IMG/VR virus record: IMGVR_UViG_2778261451_000005
DNA from: a virus
Taxonomy: Duplodnaviria > Heunggongvirae > Uroviricota > Caudoviricetes
Reading direction: 5' to 3' (one strand)
Length of the DNA: 35,227 bases
Of this stretch, positions 8,842-18,375 are shown one piece after another. The notes under the pieces were generated by a model. The model ran no database searches. It was not told the DNA's origin and was given only the letters and a program-made list of their open reading frames with translations. The position numbers and the translations under genes were made by a program. The first letter of the stretch is position 1. The number at the start of each line of letters is the position of its first letter.

Positions 8842-8935
8842 GCTAAGTTCACTGGTTTTGTGTATATCGCTTCAGATCTAGCGTGGTTCCGGGGAGGGCA
8901 TGCAACTGCATTAAAACCGCTCCATGAAGCGGGCG

Positions 8936-8954
8936 GGCGAGGCGGGGAAAGCAC
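8936..8954. other. cos site (19-nt cohesive end sequence)
   Basis: ggcgaggcggggaaagcac matches the recalled P2 cohesive-end sequence; located between the cargo locus and Q, as in P2. Confidence 0.8.
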
Positions 8955-9095
8955 TGCGCGCTGGCGGTGGTGCTGATTTTATTTTTTCAGCGTCTGAGCG
9001 CGTCGTGATGGCGTTTAGATTGTTCGCCGGGGCGTTGGTGTGTCTGCGGGATGTTTTGTGCGGTGGTGAGCGTGTGAGGGCGTGATGACAGGGTG

Positions 9096-9117
9096 TAAAA
9101 AAGCCGCCCGCAGGCGG
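9096..9117 (-). terminator. Rho-independent terminator after Q
   Basis: On the minus strand, gccgcctgcgggcggc hairpin followed by TTTTTT, immediately downstream of the Q stop. Confidence 0.75.
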
Positions 9118-9123
9118 CGATGT

Positions 9124-10158
9124 TCAGCCGTTGTCAGTGTCCAGTGAGTAGTTTTTAAAGTGGATGACCTCCTGACCGAGCCAGCCGTTTATCTCGCGGA
9201 TCCTGTCCTGTAACGGGATAAGCTCATTGCGGACAAAGACCTTTGCCACTTTCTCAATATCACCCAGCGACCCGACGTTCTCCGGCTTGCCGCCCATCAA
9301 CTGAAAGGGGATGCGGTGCGCGTCCAGCAGGTCAGCGGCGCTGGCTTTTTTGATATTAAAAAAATCGTCCTTCGTTGCCACTTCACTGAGCGGGATAATT
9401 TTAATGCCGTCAGCTTTCCCCTGCGGGGCATAGAGAAACAGGTTTTTAAAGTTGTTGCGGCCTTTCGACTTCACCATGTTTTCGCGGAGCATTTCGATAT
9501 CGTTGCGATCCTGCACGGCATCAGTGACGTACATGATATATCCGGCATGAGCGCCGTTTTCGTAATACTTGCGGCGGAACAGCGTGGCTGATTCATTCAG
9601 CCAGGCAGAGTTAAGGGCGCTGAGATATTCCGGCAGACCGTACAGCTCCTGATTAATATCCGGCTCCAGCAGGTGAAACACGGAGCCGGGCGCGAAAGGT
9701 GTCGGCTCATGGAAGGACGGCACCCACCAGTAAACATCCTCTTCCACGCCACGGCGGGTATATTTTGCCGGTGAGGTTTCCAGTCTGATGACCTTACCGG
9801 TGGTGCTGTAACGCTTTTCCAGAAACGCATTACCGAACACCAGAAAATCCAGCACAAAGCGGCTGAAATCCTGCTGGGAAAGCCACGGATGCGGGATAAA
9901 TGTCGAGGACAGAATATTACGTTTGACGTAAATCGGGGAGCTGTGATGCACGGCAGCACGCAGGCTTTTTGCCAGACCGGTAAAGCTGACCGGTGGCTCA
10001 TACCATCTGCCGTTACTGATGCACTCGACGTAATCCAGAATGTCACGGCGGTCGAGTACCGGTACCGGCTCACCAAAGGTGAATGCCTCCATTTTCGGGG
10101 CGCTGGCGGTCATTGTTTTTGCCGCAGGTTGCGGTGTTTTCCCTTTTTTCTTGCTCAT
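9124..10158 (-). CDS. Q: Portal protein Q
   Basis: 344 aa; near-identical to recalled P2 Q (MSKKKGKTPQPAAKTMTASAPKMEAFTFGEP…). Confidence 0.95.
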   Translation of the reverse strand: MSKKKGKTPQPAAKTMTASAPKMEAFTFGEPVPVLDRRDILDYVECISNGRWYEPPVSFTGLAKSLRAAVHHSSPIYVKRNILSSTFIPHPWLSQQDFSRFVLDFLVFGNAFLEKRYSTTGKVIRLETSPAKYTRRGVEEDVYWWVPSFHEPTPFAPGSVFHLLEPDINQELYGLPEYLSALNSAWLNESATLFRRKYYENGAHAGYIMYVTDAVQDRNDIEMLRENMVKSKGRNNFKNLFLYAPQGKADGIKIIPLSEVATKDDFFNIKKASAADLLDAHRIPFQLMGGKPENVGSLGDIEKVAKVFVRNELIPLQDRIREINGWLGQEVIHFKNYSLDTDNG

Positions 10159-11930
10159 CAGTAAAACTCCAGAATGGTGGATGTCAGCGGAGTGCTGATA
10201 CCGGCGGTGAGTGGCTCATTTAACAGGGCGTGCATGGTCGCCCAGGCGAGGTCGGCGTGGCTGGCTTCCTCGCTGCGGCTGGCCTCATAGGTGGCGCTGC
10301 GTCCGCTGCTGGTCATGGTCTTGCGGATAGCCATAAACGAGCTGGTGATGTCGGTGGCGCTGACGTCATATTCCAGACAGCCTCGGCGGATAACGTCTTT
10401 TGCCTTGAGCACCATTGCGGTTTTCATTTCCGGCGTGTAGCGGATATCGCGCGCGGCGGGATAGAACGAGCGCACGAGCTGGAACACGCCGACACCGAGG
10501 CCGGTGGCATCAATACCGATGTATTCAACGTTATATTTTTCGGTGAGTTTGCGGATGGATTCAGCCTGGGTGGCAAAGTCCATGCCTTTCCACTGGTGAC
10601 GCTCAAGTATTCTGAATTTGCCACCGGCCACCACCGGCGGTGCCAGCACCACGCATCCGGCGCTGTCGCCACGGTGTGACGGGTCGTAACCAATCCATAC
10701 CGGGCGGGAGCCGAACGGATTGGCGGCAAATGGTGCATAGTCTTCCCATTCTTCCAGCGTGTCGACCATGCAGCGTTGCAGCTCCTCGAACGGGAACACC
10801 GACGCCTTGTCGTCAACAAATTCACACATGAACAGGTTTTTAAAATCGTCGGCGCTGTTTTCGCGTTTGAGCTGCTCAATGTCGAACAGCGTGCAGCCGC
10901 CTTTCAGGGCGTCCTCAATGGTGACAATCTGCCGCCACTGGCCGTCCGCACAGAGAAGACCTCCGGCAAGGGCGTTATGACTGACGTCGATTTCCACGCG
11001 TTCGGCGGCGCTGGCGCGTCCCCGGTTAAACAGTTCACCCGACCAGAACGGGTAGGCGTCGTGCGCCAGCGTGGACGGGGTGGAGAAATAGGTCGAACGC
11101 AGGTGACTCTGTGAGGCCATACCTGATGCCACCTTACGCAGTACCTGAAAATTCGGGATCCAGAAAATCTCGTCGACGTACAGGTCGCCGTTATGGCTCT
11201 GTGCGGTGTTGGAGTTGGTGCCGAGAAAAATCAGTTTTGCGCCGTTATTGCCCAGGACAATCGGGTCACCGGTCAGGTCAACGTCAACCAGCCGGGCAAA
11301 GGCGATGATGTATTCGCGGAACACATACGCCTGCGTTTTACTGGCCGACAGAAAAATCTGGTTATGACCGGTTTTCAGGGCGCGCAGCAGCGCCTCGCGG
11401 GAAAAATAAAACGTCGCGCCAATCTGGCGGGATTTCAGGATATCGCGGATGCGGTGCTCAAGCCCGGCGCGATACCAGTGCAACTGATATTCGAAAGACT
11501 GCTCAAAGAAAATCTGCTCCAGCTTTTCGATGGCTTCGTCACTGAAAAAATTCTTTTTCGGTTTGCGACGCCCACCTTTGTTGCGGTTAGCGATGTTCGG
11601 ATTAAGGTCTGCCTCGTTGCCGGTCTGGCTGTAACGGTTGACCCGTGCCAGTCGTTCAATCTGGCGTCCCAGCAGGTCAATTTCCTTGAAGTCCCCGCCG
11701 GTTTTCTGCGGTTTGATGATGAGCTGGGTCAGCCGCGCTTCCAGACTCATTTCGACACGGCTGATGGGGGCAACGCTGTCCCAGCCGTCGCGCTGTTTCC
11801 AGCTCTGCACCGTCGGGCGTTTCATCTGCAACATGGCGGCAATCTGCGGCACGGAAAATCCCTGCCAGTACAGCAGCGCCGCCTGACGACGCGGGTCGTG
11901 TAAAAGAGTGGTGTCTGTGGTGATGGTCAT
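10158..11930 (-). CDS. P: Terminase large subunit P
   Basis: 590 aa from ATG at 11930 (MTITTDTTLLHDPRRQAALLYWQGFSVPQI… as in P2); ORF-track start 11960 is an upstream extension. Confidence 0.93.
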   Translation of the reverse strand: MTITTDTTLLHDPRRQAALLYWQGFSVPQIAAMLQMKRPTVQSWKQRDGWDSVAPISRVEMSLEARLTQLIIKPQKTGGDFKEIDLLGRQIERLARVNRYSQTGNEADLNPNIANRNKGGRRKPKKNFFSDEAIEKLEQIFFEQSFEYQLHWYRAGLEHRIRDILKSRQIGATFYFSREALLRALKTGHNQIFLSASKTQAYVFREYIIAFARLVDVDLTGDPIVLGNNGAKLIFLGTNSNTAQSHNGDLYVDEIFWIPNFQVLRKVASGMASQSHLRSTYFSTPSTLAHDAYPFWSGELFNRGRASAAERVEIDVSHNALAGGLLCADGQWRQIVTIEDALKGGCTLFDIEQLKRENSADDFKNLFMCEFVDDKASVFPFEELQRCMVDTLEEWEDYAPFAANPFGSRPVWIGYDPSHRGDSAGCVVLAPPVVAGGKFRILERHQWKGMDFATQAESIRKLTEKYNVEYIGIDATGLGVGVFQLVRSFYPAARDIRYTPEMKTAMVLKAKDVIRRGCLEYDVSATDITSSFMAIRKTMTSSGRSATYEASRSEEASHADLAWATMHALLNEPLTAGISTPLTSTILEFY

Positions 11931-12103
11931 GAATACCTCGCCGTGATGAATACACGGCAAGGCTACTGAGTCGCGTCCCGCGATTCGCTAAGGTGCTGTT
12001 GTGTCAGTGATAAGCCATCCGGGACTGATGGCGGAGGATGCGCATCGTCGGGAAACTGATGCCGACATGTGACTCCTCTAATCACTATTCAGGACTCCTG
12101 ACA
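11931..12103. promoter_or_regulatory. Divergent late promoter region (P_P / P_O), expected Ogr-dependent
   Basis: Intergenic region between divergent P and O, as in P2; individual TGT-N12-ACA elements not confidently located. Confidence 0.5.
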
Positions 12104-12958
12104 ATGGCAAAAAAAGTCTCAAAATTCTTTCGTATCGGCGTTGAGGGTGACACCTGTGACGGGCGTGTCATCAGTGCGCAGGATATTCAGGAAATGGCCG
12201 AAACCTTTGACCCGCGTGTCTATGGTTGCCGTATTAACCTGGAACATCTGCGCGGCATCCTGCCTGACGGTATTTTTAAACGTTATGGTGATGTGGTCGA
12301 ACTGAAGGCCGAAAAGATTGACGATGATTCGGCGCTGAAAGGCAAATGGGCGCTGTTTGCGAAAATCACCCCGACCGATGACCTTATCGCGATGAACAAG
12401 GCCGCGCAGAAGGTCTATACCTCAATGGAAATTCAGCCGAACTTTGCCAACACCGGCAAATGTTATCTGGTGGGGCTGGCCGTCACCGATGACCCGGCAA
12501 GCCTCGGCACGGAATACCTGGAATTCTGCCGCACGGCAAAACACAACCCTCTGAACCGCTTCAAATTAAGCCCTGAAAACCTGATTTCAGTGGCAACGCC
12601 TGTTGAGCTGGAATTTGAAGACCTGCCTGAAACCGTGTTCACCGCCCTGACCGAAAAGGTGAAGTCCATTTTTGGCCGCAAACAGGCCAGCGATGATGCC
12701 CGTCTGAATGACGTGCATGACGCGGTGACCGCTGTTGCTGAACATGTGCAGGAAAAACTGAGCGCCACTGAGCAGCGCCTCGCTGAGATGGAAACCGCCT
12801 TTTCCGCACTTAAGCAGGAGGTGACTGACAGGGCGGATGAAACCAGCCAGGCATTCACCCGCCTGAAAAACAGTCTCGACCACACCGAAAGTCTGACCCA
12901 GCAGCGCCGCAGCAAGGCCACCGGTGGTGGCGGTGACGCCCTGATGACGAACTGCTGA
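12104..12958 (+). CDS. O: Capsid scaffolding protein O
   Basis: 284 aa from ATG at 12104 (MAKKVSKFFRIGVEGDTCDGRVISAQDIQEMAETFDPRVYG… as in P2). Confidence 0.93.
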   Translation: MAKKVSKFFRIGVEGDTCDGRVISAQDIQEMAETFDPRVYGCRINLEHLRGILPDGIFKRYGDVVELKAEKIDDDSALKGKWALFAKITPTDDLIAMNKAAQKVYTSMEIQPNFANTGKCYLVGLAVTDDPASLGTEYLEFCRTAKHNPLNRFKLSPENLISVATPVELEFEDLPETVFTALTEKVKSIFGRKQASDDARLNDVHDAVTAVAEHVQEKLSATEQRLAEMETAFSALKQEVTDRADETSQAFTRLKNSLDHTESLTQQRRSKATGGGGDALMTNC

Positions 12959-13016
12959 CCGGCGTCAGTCAGTCCGGGAAAACCTTCACGATTAACCCTT
13001 AATTTCAGGAAAAACT

Positions 13017-14090
13017 ATGCGCCAGGAAACCCGCTTTAAATTTAATGCCTACCTGTCCCGTGTTGCCGAACTGAACGGCATCGACGCCGGTGATGTGTCG
13101 AAAAAATTCACCGTTGAACCGTCGGTCACCCAGACCCTGATGAACACCATGCAGGAGTCCTCTGACTTTCTGACCCGCATCAACATTGTGCCGGTCAGCG
13201 AAATGAAAGGGGAAAAAATTGGTATCGGTGTCACCGGCCCCATTGCCAGCACCACCGACACTGCAGGAGGCACCGAGCGTCAGCCGAAGGACTTCTCGAA
13301 GCTGGCGTCCAACAAGTACGAATGCGACCAGGTTAACTTCGATTTTTATATCCGCTACAAAACGCTGGACCTGTGGGCGCGTTATCAGGATTTCCAGCTC
13401 CGTATCCGTAACGCCATTATCAAACGCCAGTCCCTTGATTTCATCATGGCCGGTTTTAACGGCGTGAAGCGTGCCGAAACCTCTGACCGCAGCAGCAATC
13501 CGATGCTGCAGGATGTGGCGGTCGGCTGGCTGCAGAAATACCGCAATGAAGCCCCGGCGCGCGTGATGAGCAAGGTCACTGACGAGGAAGGTCGCACCAC
13601 CTCTGAGGTCATCCGCGTGGGTAAGGGCGGTGATTATGCCAGCCTCGATGCACTGGTGATGGATGCGACCAACAACCTGATTGAGCCGTGGTATCAGGAA
13701 GACCCTGACCTTGTGGTGATTGTGGGGCGTCAGCTACTGGCGGACAAGTATTTCCCCATCGTTAACAAGGAGCAGGACAACAGCGAAATGCTGGCCGCTG
13801 ACGTCATCATCAGCCAGAAACGCATCGGTAACCTGCCGGCGGTACGCGTCCCGTACTTCCCGGCGGATGCGATGCTCATCACGAAGCTGGAAAACCTGTC
13901 CATCTACTACATGGATGACAGCCATCGCCGCGTGATTGAGGAAAACCCGAAACTCGACCGCGTGGAGAACTACGAGTCAATGAACATTGATTACGTGGTG
14001 GAAGACTACGCCGCCGGTTGTCTGGTGGAAAAAATTAAGGTCGGTGATTTCTCCACACCGGCTAAGGCGACCGCAGAGCCGGGAGCGTAA
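13017..14090 (+). CDS. N: Major capsid protein N
   Basis: 357 aa; size and position as P2 N; follows O. Confidence 0.93.
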   Translation: MRQETRFKFNAYLSRVAELNGIDAGDVSKKFTVEPSVTQTLMNTMQESSDFLTRINIVPVSEMKGEKIGIGVTGPIASTTDTAGGTERQPKDFSKLASNKYECDQVNFDFYIRYKTLDLWARYQDFQLRIRNAIIKRQSLDFIMAGFNGVKRAETSDRSSNPMLQDVAVGWLQKYRNEAPARVMSKVTDEEGRTTSEVIRVGKGGDYASLDALVMDATNNLIEPWYQEDPDLVVIVGRQLLADKYFPIVNKEQDNSEMLAADVIISQKRIGNLPAVRVPYFPADAMLITKLENLSIYYMDDSHRRVIEENPKLDRVENYESMNIDYVVEDYAAGCLVEKIKVGDFSTPAKATAEPGA

Positions 14091-14093
14091 CCG

Positions 14094-14837
14094 ATGACGA
14101 GTCCCGCACAGCGCCACATGATGCGGGTCTCGGCAGCGATAACCGCGCAGCGGGAAGCCGCCCCGCTGCGACATGCAACTGTCTATGAGCAGATGCTGGT
14201 TAAGCTGGCCGCAGACCAGCGCACACTGAAAGCAATTTATTCAAAAGAGCTGAAGGCCGCGAAAAAACGCGAACTGCTGCCGTTCTGGTTGCCGTGGGTG
14301 AACGGCGTGCTGGAGCAGGGCAAAGGTGCACAGGATGATATTCTGATGACGGTCATGCTGTGGCGTCTGGATACCGGCGATATTGCCGGTGCGCTGGAGA
14401 TTGCCCGTTATGCCCTGAAGTACGGTCTGACCATGCCGGGTAAACACCGCCGCACCCCGCCGTACATGTTCACCGAGGAGGTGGCGCTCGCGGCCATGCG
14501 CGCTCACGCTGCCGGTGAGTCTGTGGATCCCCGCCTGCTGACGGAGACCCTTGAACTGACCGCCACGGCTGACATGCCTGATGAAGTGCGCGCAAAGCTG
14601 CACAAAATCACCGGTCTGTTTCTGCGTGACGGTGGTGATGCCGCCGGTGCGCTGGCGCACCTGCAACGTGCGACACAGCTCGACTGTCAGGCAGGCGTCA
14701 AAAAAGAGATTGAACGACTGGAGCGGGAGCTGAAACCGAAGCCGGAGCCGCAGCCCAAAGCGGCCACCCGTACCCCGCGTAAGACCCGGAGCGTGACACC
14801 GGCAAAACGTGGACGCCCGAAAAAGAAAGCCAGTTAA
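14094..14837 (+). CDS. M: Terminase small subunit M
   Basis: 247 aa; basic C-terminal tail; P2 order. Confidence 0.9.
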   Translation: MTSPAQRHMMRVSAAITAQREAAPLRHATVYEQMLVKLAADQRTLKAIYSKELKAAKKRELLPFWLPWVNGVLEQGKGAQDDILMTVMLWRLDTGDIAGALEIARYALKYGLTMPGKHRRTPPYMFTEEVALAAMRAHAAGESVDPRLLTETLELTATADMPDEVRAKLHKITGLFLRDGGDAAGALAHLQRATQLDCQAGVKKEIERLERELKPKPEPQPKAATRTPRKTRSVTPAKRGRPKKKAS

Positions 14838-14936
14838 CAACCGAATGCGCCCCGCGCCAGGGCGGCACGCCGGTCAGTGAGGGTGAATCACCTGACACTG
14901 CACCGGCGTCCACCGCCCGACTTTTCAGAGGTGGTC

Positions 14937-15446
14937 ATGATGACGCTGATTATTCCGCGAAAGGAGGCTCCCGTGTCCGGTGAGGGTACGGTGGTCATCC
15001 CGCAACCGGCAGGCGACGAGCCGGTGATTAAAAACACGTTCTTTTTTCCCGATATCGACCCGAAGCGCGTCCGGGAACGTATGCGCCTTGAGCAGACCGT
15101 CGCCCCCGCCCGTCTGCGTGAGGCCATCAAGTCAGGCATGGCGGAGACGAATGCGGAGCTGTACGAGTACCGCGAACAGAAAATTGCTGCCGGTTTTACG
15201 CGTCTGGCGGACGTCCCGGCGGACGACATCGACGGTGAAAGCATCAAAGTTTTTTACTACGAGCGCGCCGTGTGTGCGATGGCGACCGCATCGCTTTATG
15301 AGCGTTATCGCGGCGTGGATGCCAGTGCGAAAGGCGACAAGAAGGCCGACAGCATTGACAGCACCATTGATGAGCTGTGGCGGGATATGCGCTGGGCGGT
15401 GGCGCGCATCCAGGACAAGCCGCGCTGCATCGTGAGTCAAATCTGA
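14937..15446 (+). CDS. L: Head completion protein L
   Basis: 169 aa from ATG at 14937 (MMTLIIPRKEAPVSGEG…); ORF-track start 14877 is GTG. Confidence 0.9.
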   Translation: MMTLIIPRKEAPVSGEGTVVIPQPAGDEPVIKNTFFFPDIDPKRVRERMRLEQTVAPARLREAIKSGMAETNAELYEYREQKIAAGFTRLADVPADDIDGESIKVFYYERAVCAMATASLYERYRGVDASAKGDKKADSIDSTIDELWRDMRWAVARIQDKPRCIVSQI

Positions 15447-15649
15447 TGAAGACCTTTGCGCTACAGGGCGACACGCTCGACGCCATTTGTGTCCGGTATT
15501 ACGGGCGCACTGAGGGCGTGGTTGAGACCGTGCTCGCCGCAAATCCGGGACTGGCTGAACTGGGCGCGGTGCTGCCGCACGGCACCGCCGTCGAACTGCC
15601 CGACGTTCAGACCGCGCCCGTGGCTGAAACTGTCAATCTGTGGGAGTAA
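15446..15649 (+). CDS. X: Tail protein X
   Basis: 67 aa (MKTFALQGDTLDAICVRYYGRTEGVVETVLAANPGLAELG…); ATG overlaps the L stop. Confidence 0.9.
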   Translation: MKTFALQGDTLDAICVRYYGRTEGVVETVLAANPGLAELGAVLPHGTAVELPDVQTAPVAETVNLWE

Positions 15650-15652
15650 CGC

Positions 15653-15934
15653 ATGACAGCAGAAGAAAAAAGCGTCCTGTCGCTTTTCATGATTGGGGTG
15701 CTGATTGTTGTCGGCAAGGTGCTTGCCGGTGGTGAACCCATCACCCCGCGTCTGTTTATCGGGCGCATGTTGCTCGGTGGTTTTGTCTCGATGGTTGCCG
15801 GTGTTGTTCTGGTGCAGTTTCCTGACCTGTCACTGCCTGCGGTGTGCGGCATCGGCTCCATGCTGGGTATCGCCGGTTATCAGGTGATTGAGATTGCCAT
15901 TCAGCGCCGCTTTAAGGGCAGGGGGAAACAGTAA
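15653..15934 (+). CDS. Y: Holin Y
   Basis: 93 aa with hydrophobic TM segments; first gene of lysis cassette as in P2. Confidence 0.9.
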   Translation: MTAEEKSVLSLFMIGVLIVVGKVLAGGEPITPRLFIGRMLLGGFVSMVAGVVLVQFPDLSLPAVCGIGSMLGIAGYQVIEIAIQRRFKGRGKQ

Positions 15935-16431
15935 TGCCGGTAATCAACACGCATCAGAATATCGCTGCCTTTCTCGACATGCTGGCCGTGTCCGAAGGGA
16001 CGGCGAATCATCCGCTGACGAAAAACCGTGGCTATGACGTGATAGTCACCGGACTGGACGGGAAGCCGGAAATTTTCACCGACTACAGTGACCACCCGTT
16101 CGCGCATGGCCGACCGGCGAAGGTGTTTAACCGTCGCGGTGAAAAATCAACGGCCTCCGGTCGCTATCAGCAGCTTTACCTGTTCTGGCCGCATTACCGC
16201 AAACAGCTTGCCCTGCCGGATTTCAGTCCGTTGTCACAGGACAGGCTCGCCATTCAGTTGATCCGCGAACGCGGTGCACTGGATGACATCCGGGCGGGAC
16301 GCATTGAGCGCGCCATTTCACGCTGTCGCAATATCTGGGCGTCCCTGCCGGGTGCCGGTTACGGTCAGCGTGAGCATTCACTGGAAAAACTGGTCACCGT
16401 CTGGCGTACCGCCGGCGGCGTACCGGCTTAA
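15934..16431 (+). CDS. K: Endolysin K (lysozyme)
   Basis: 165 aa; follows holin; P2 K size and position. Confidence 0.9.
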   Translation: MPVINTHQNIAAFLDMLAVSEGTANHPLTKNRGYDVIVTGLDGKPEIFTDYSDHPFAHGRPAKVFNRRGEKSTASGRYQQLYLFWPHYRKQLALPDFSPLSQDRLAIQLIRERGALDDIRAGRIERAISRCRNIWASLPGAGYGQREHSLEKLVTVWRTAGGVPA

Positions 16432-16445
16432 ACGGAGTAAACACC

Positions 16446-16871
16446 ATGAAGAAATTATCCCTTTCACTGATGCTGAACGTGTCGCTGGCGCTGATGCTGG
16501 CACTGTCCCTGATTTACCCGCAGAGCGTGGCCGTCAGTTTTGTCGCCACCTGGGCGATTCTGGCGACGGTTATCTGTGTGGTTGCCGGTGGTGTCGGCGT
16601 GTATGCCACGGAGTATGTGCTGGAACGCTACGGGCGGGAGCTGCCGCCGGAATCGCTGGCCGTGAAGATTGTCACGTCGCTGTTTTTGCAGCCGGTGCCG
16701 TGGCGCAGACGGGCGGCGGCTCTGGTGGTGATGGTGGCGACGTTTATCTCGCTGGTCGCTGCCGGGTGGATTTTTACCGCGCTGATTTATCTTGTGGCGT
16801 CGCTGTTTTTCCGGCTGATACGTAAAGCCTGTCGTCAGCGTCTTGAGGGGCGGGAACTATGTCAAAGCTGA
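16446..16871 (+). CDS. lysA: Lysis regulatory membrane protein LysA
   Basis: 141 aa, multiple TM helices. Confidence 0.85.
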   Translation: MKKLSLSLMLNVSLALMLALSLIYPQSVAVSFVATWAILATVICVVAGGVGVYATEYVLERYGRELPPESLAVKIVTSLFLQPVPWRRRAAALVVMVATFISLVAAGWIFTALIYLVASLFFRLIRKACRQRLEGRELCQS

Positions 16872-17284
16872 TGATTGTGCTGGTCGTGTTATTATCGCTG
16901 GCGGTGGCCGGTCTGTTTCTGGTGAAACACAAAAATGCCAGCCTGCGCGCCTCGCTGGACAGGGCGAATAACGTCGCCAGTGAACAGCAGACGACCATCA
17001 CCATGCTGAAAAATCAGCTTCATGTTGCCATCACCAGGGCAGACAAAAACGAGCTGGCGCAGGTGGCACTGCGTCAGGAACTGGAGAACGCCGCGAAGCG
17101 TGAAGCACAGCGCGAGAAAACCATCACGAGGTTACTCAATGAAAACGAAGATTTTCGCCGCTGGTACGGTGCTGACCTGCCTGATGCTGTGCGCCGGTTG
17201 CACCAGCGCCCGGCCTGCGCAGACGCCAGTGATTGTCCACAACGCCTGCCCGAAAGTGAGTCTTTGCCCGATGCCGGGCAGTGA
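16859..17284 (+). CDS. lysB: Rz-like spanin LysB
   Basis: 141 aa; N-terminal TM anchor then coiled-coil-like region. Confidence 0.85.
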   Translation: MSKLMIVLVVLLSLAVAGLFLVKHKNASLRASLDRANNVASEQQTTITMLKNQLHVAITRADKNELAQVALRQELENAAKREAQREKTITRLLNENEDFRRWYGADLPDAVRRLHQRPACADASDCPQRLPESESLPDAGQ

Positions 17285-17429
17285 CCCGCAGAAGAACGGC
17301 GATTTAAGTGCCGATATCCGGCTGCTTGAGAACGCGCTGGCACGCTGTGCCAGCCAGGTAAAAATGATTAAACACTGTCAGGACGAAAACGATGCTCAAA
17401 CCCGACAGCCTGCGCAGGGCGCTGACTGA
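17139..17429 (+). CDS. lysC: Rz1-like outer-membrane lipoprotein spanin LysC, embedded in +1 frame of lysB
   Basis: 96 aa from ATG at 17139 (MKTKIFAAGTVLTCLMLCAGC… lipobox LCAGC); overlaps lysB end and R start. Confidence 0.8.
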   Translation: MKTKIFAAGTVLTCLMLCAGCTSARPAQTPVIVHNACPKVSLCPMPGSDPQKNGDLSADIRLLENALARCASQVKMIKHCQDENDAQTRQPAQGAD

Positions 17430-17859
17430 TGCCGTCACGGTGCTGAAAACTAACCCCGATATGCTGCGGATATTCGTGGATAACGGGAGTATTGCCTCCA
17501 CACTGGCGACGTCGCTGTCATTCGAAAAGCGTTACACGCTCAATGTGATTGTGACCGACTTTACCGGTGATTTTGACCTGCTCATTGTGCCGGTGCTGGC
17601 GTGGCTGCGGGAAAATCAGCCCGACATCATGACCACCGACGCAGGCCAGAAAAAGGGCTTCACGTTTTATGCGGACATCAACAATGACAGCAGCTTTGAT
17701 ATCAGCATCAGCCTGATGCTGACCGAGCGAACGCTGGTCAGTGAGGTGGACGGCGCACTGCATGTGAAGAATATCCCGGAACCCCCGCCGCCGGAGCCGG
17801 TCACCCGCCCGATGGAGCTTTATATCAATGGCGAACTGGTGAGCAAGTGGGATGAATGA
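17392..17859 (+). CDS. R: Tail completion protein R
   Basis: 155 aa; P2 order. Confidence 0.9.
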   Translation: MLKPDSLRRALTDAVTVLKTNPDMLRIFVDNGSIASTLATSLSFEKRYTLNVIVTDFTGDFDLLIVPVLAWLRENQPDIMTTDAGQKKGFTFYADINNDSSFDISISLMLTERTLVSEVDGALHVKNIPEPPPPEPVTRPMELYINGELVSKWDE

Positions 17860-18304
17860 GTTTAAGCGTTTTGAAGACCGGCTGACCGGACTGATTGAGT
17901 CGCTGTCACCGTCAGGGCGTCGGCGGCTGAGTGCAGAGCTGGCGAAGCGTCTGCGGCAGAGTCAGCAGCGTCGGGTGATGGCACAGAAAGCCCCGGACGG
18001 CACACCCTACGCGCCACGCCAGCAGCAGAGCGCCAGAAAAAAGACCGGTCGTGTTAAGCGAAAAATGTTTGCGAAACTTATCAACAGTCGTTTTTTGCAT
18101 ATCCGCGCCAGCCCGGAACAGGCATCAATGGAATTTTACGGCGGGAAGTCGCCGAAAATCGCCAGTGTGCATCAGTTCGGTCTGTCGGAAGAAACCCGGA
18201 AAGACGGTAAGAAAATTGATTATCCGGCGCGTCCTCTGCTCGGCTTTACCGGTGAGGATGTGCAGATGATTGAAGAGATTATCCTGACTCACCTTGAGCG
18301 TTAG
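17852..18304 (+). CDS. S: Tail completion protein S
   Basis: 150 aa; P2 order. Confidence 0.9.
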   Translation: MNEFKRFEDRLTGLIESLSPSGRRRLSAELAKRLRQSQQRRVMAQKAPDGTPYAPRQQQSARKKTGRVKRKMFAKLINSRFLHIRASPEQASMEFYGGKSPKIASVHQFGLSEETRKDGKKIDYPARPLLGFTGEDVQMIEEIILTHLER

Positions 18305-18332
18305 TTTTATCCAGGCAGAGGCTGATGCGCAA

Positions 18333-18371
18333 TTAAACATTGAGCGGCCATGCTGGTCGCTCAATGTTTAG
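18333..18371. terminator. Bidirectional hairpin terminator between S and the antisense cargo gene
   Basis: 12-bp perfect stem aaacattgagcg / cgctcaatgttt with 11-nt loop, flanked by A/T-rich sequence on both sides. Confidence 0.6.
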
Positions 18372-18375
18372 AGGT

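Noticed and set aside
6899-8935. Presence of P2 old (large ATPase/TOPRIM nuclease) or a recognisable Z/fun or orf30 homologue
   Set aside because: No ORF of suitable size or motif exists in any of the three cargo positions; only small orphan genes are present. Homology of gene 1 to tin cannot be excluded without a search.
9597-11955. Numerous ORF-track entries overlapping Q and P on either strand (e.g. 9597..10076, 10424..10879, 11193..11903)
   Set aside because: They lie inside or antisense to well-supported P2 genes in GC-rich DNA, where long spurious ORFs are common; no ribosome-binding sites or homologues recognised.
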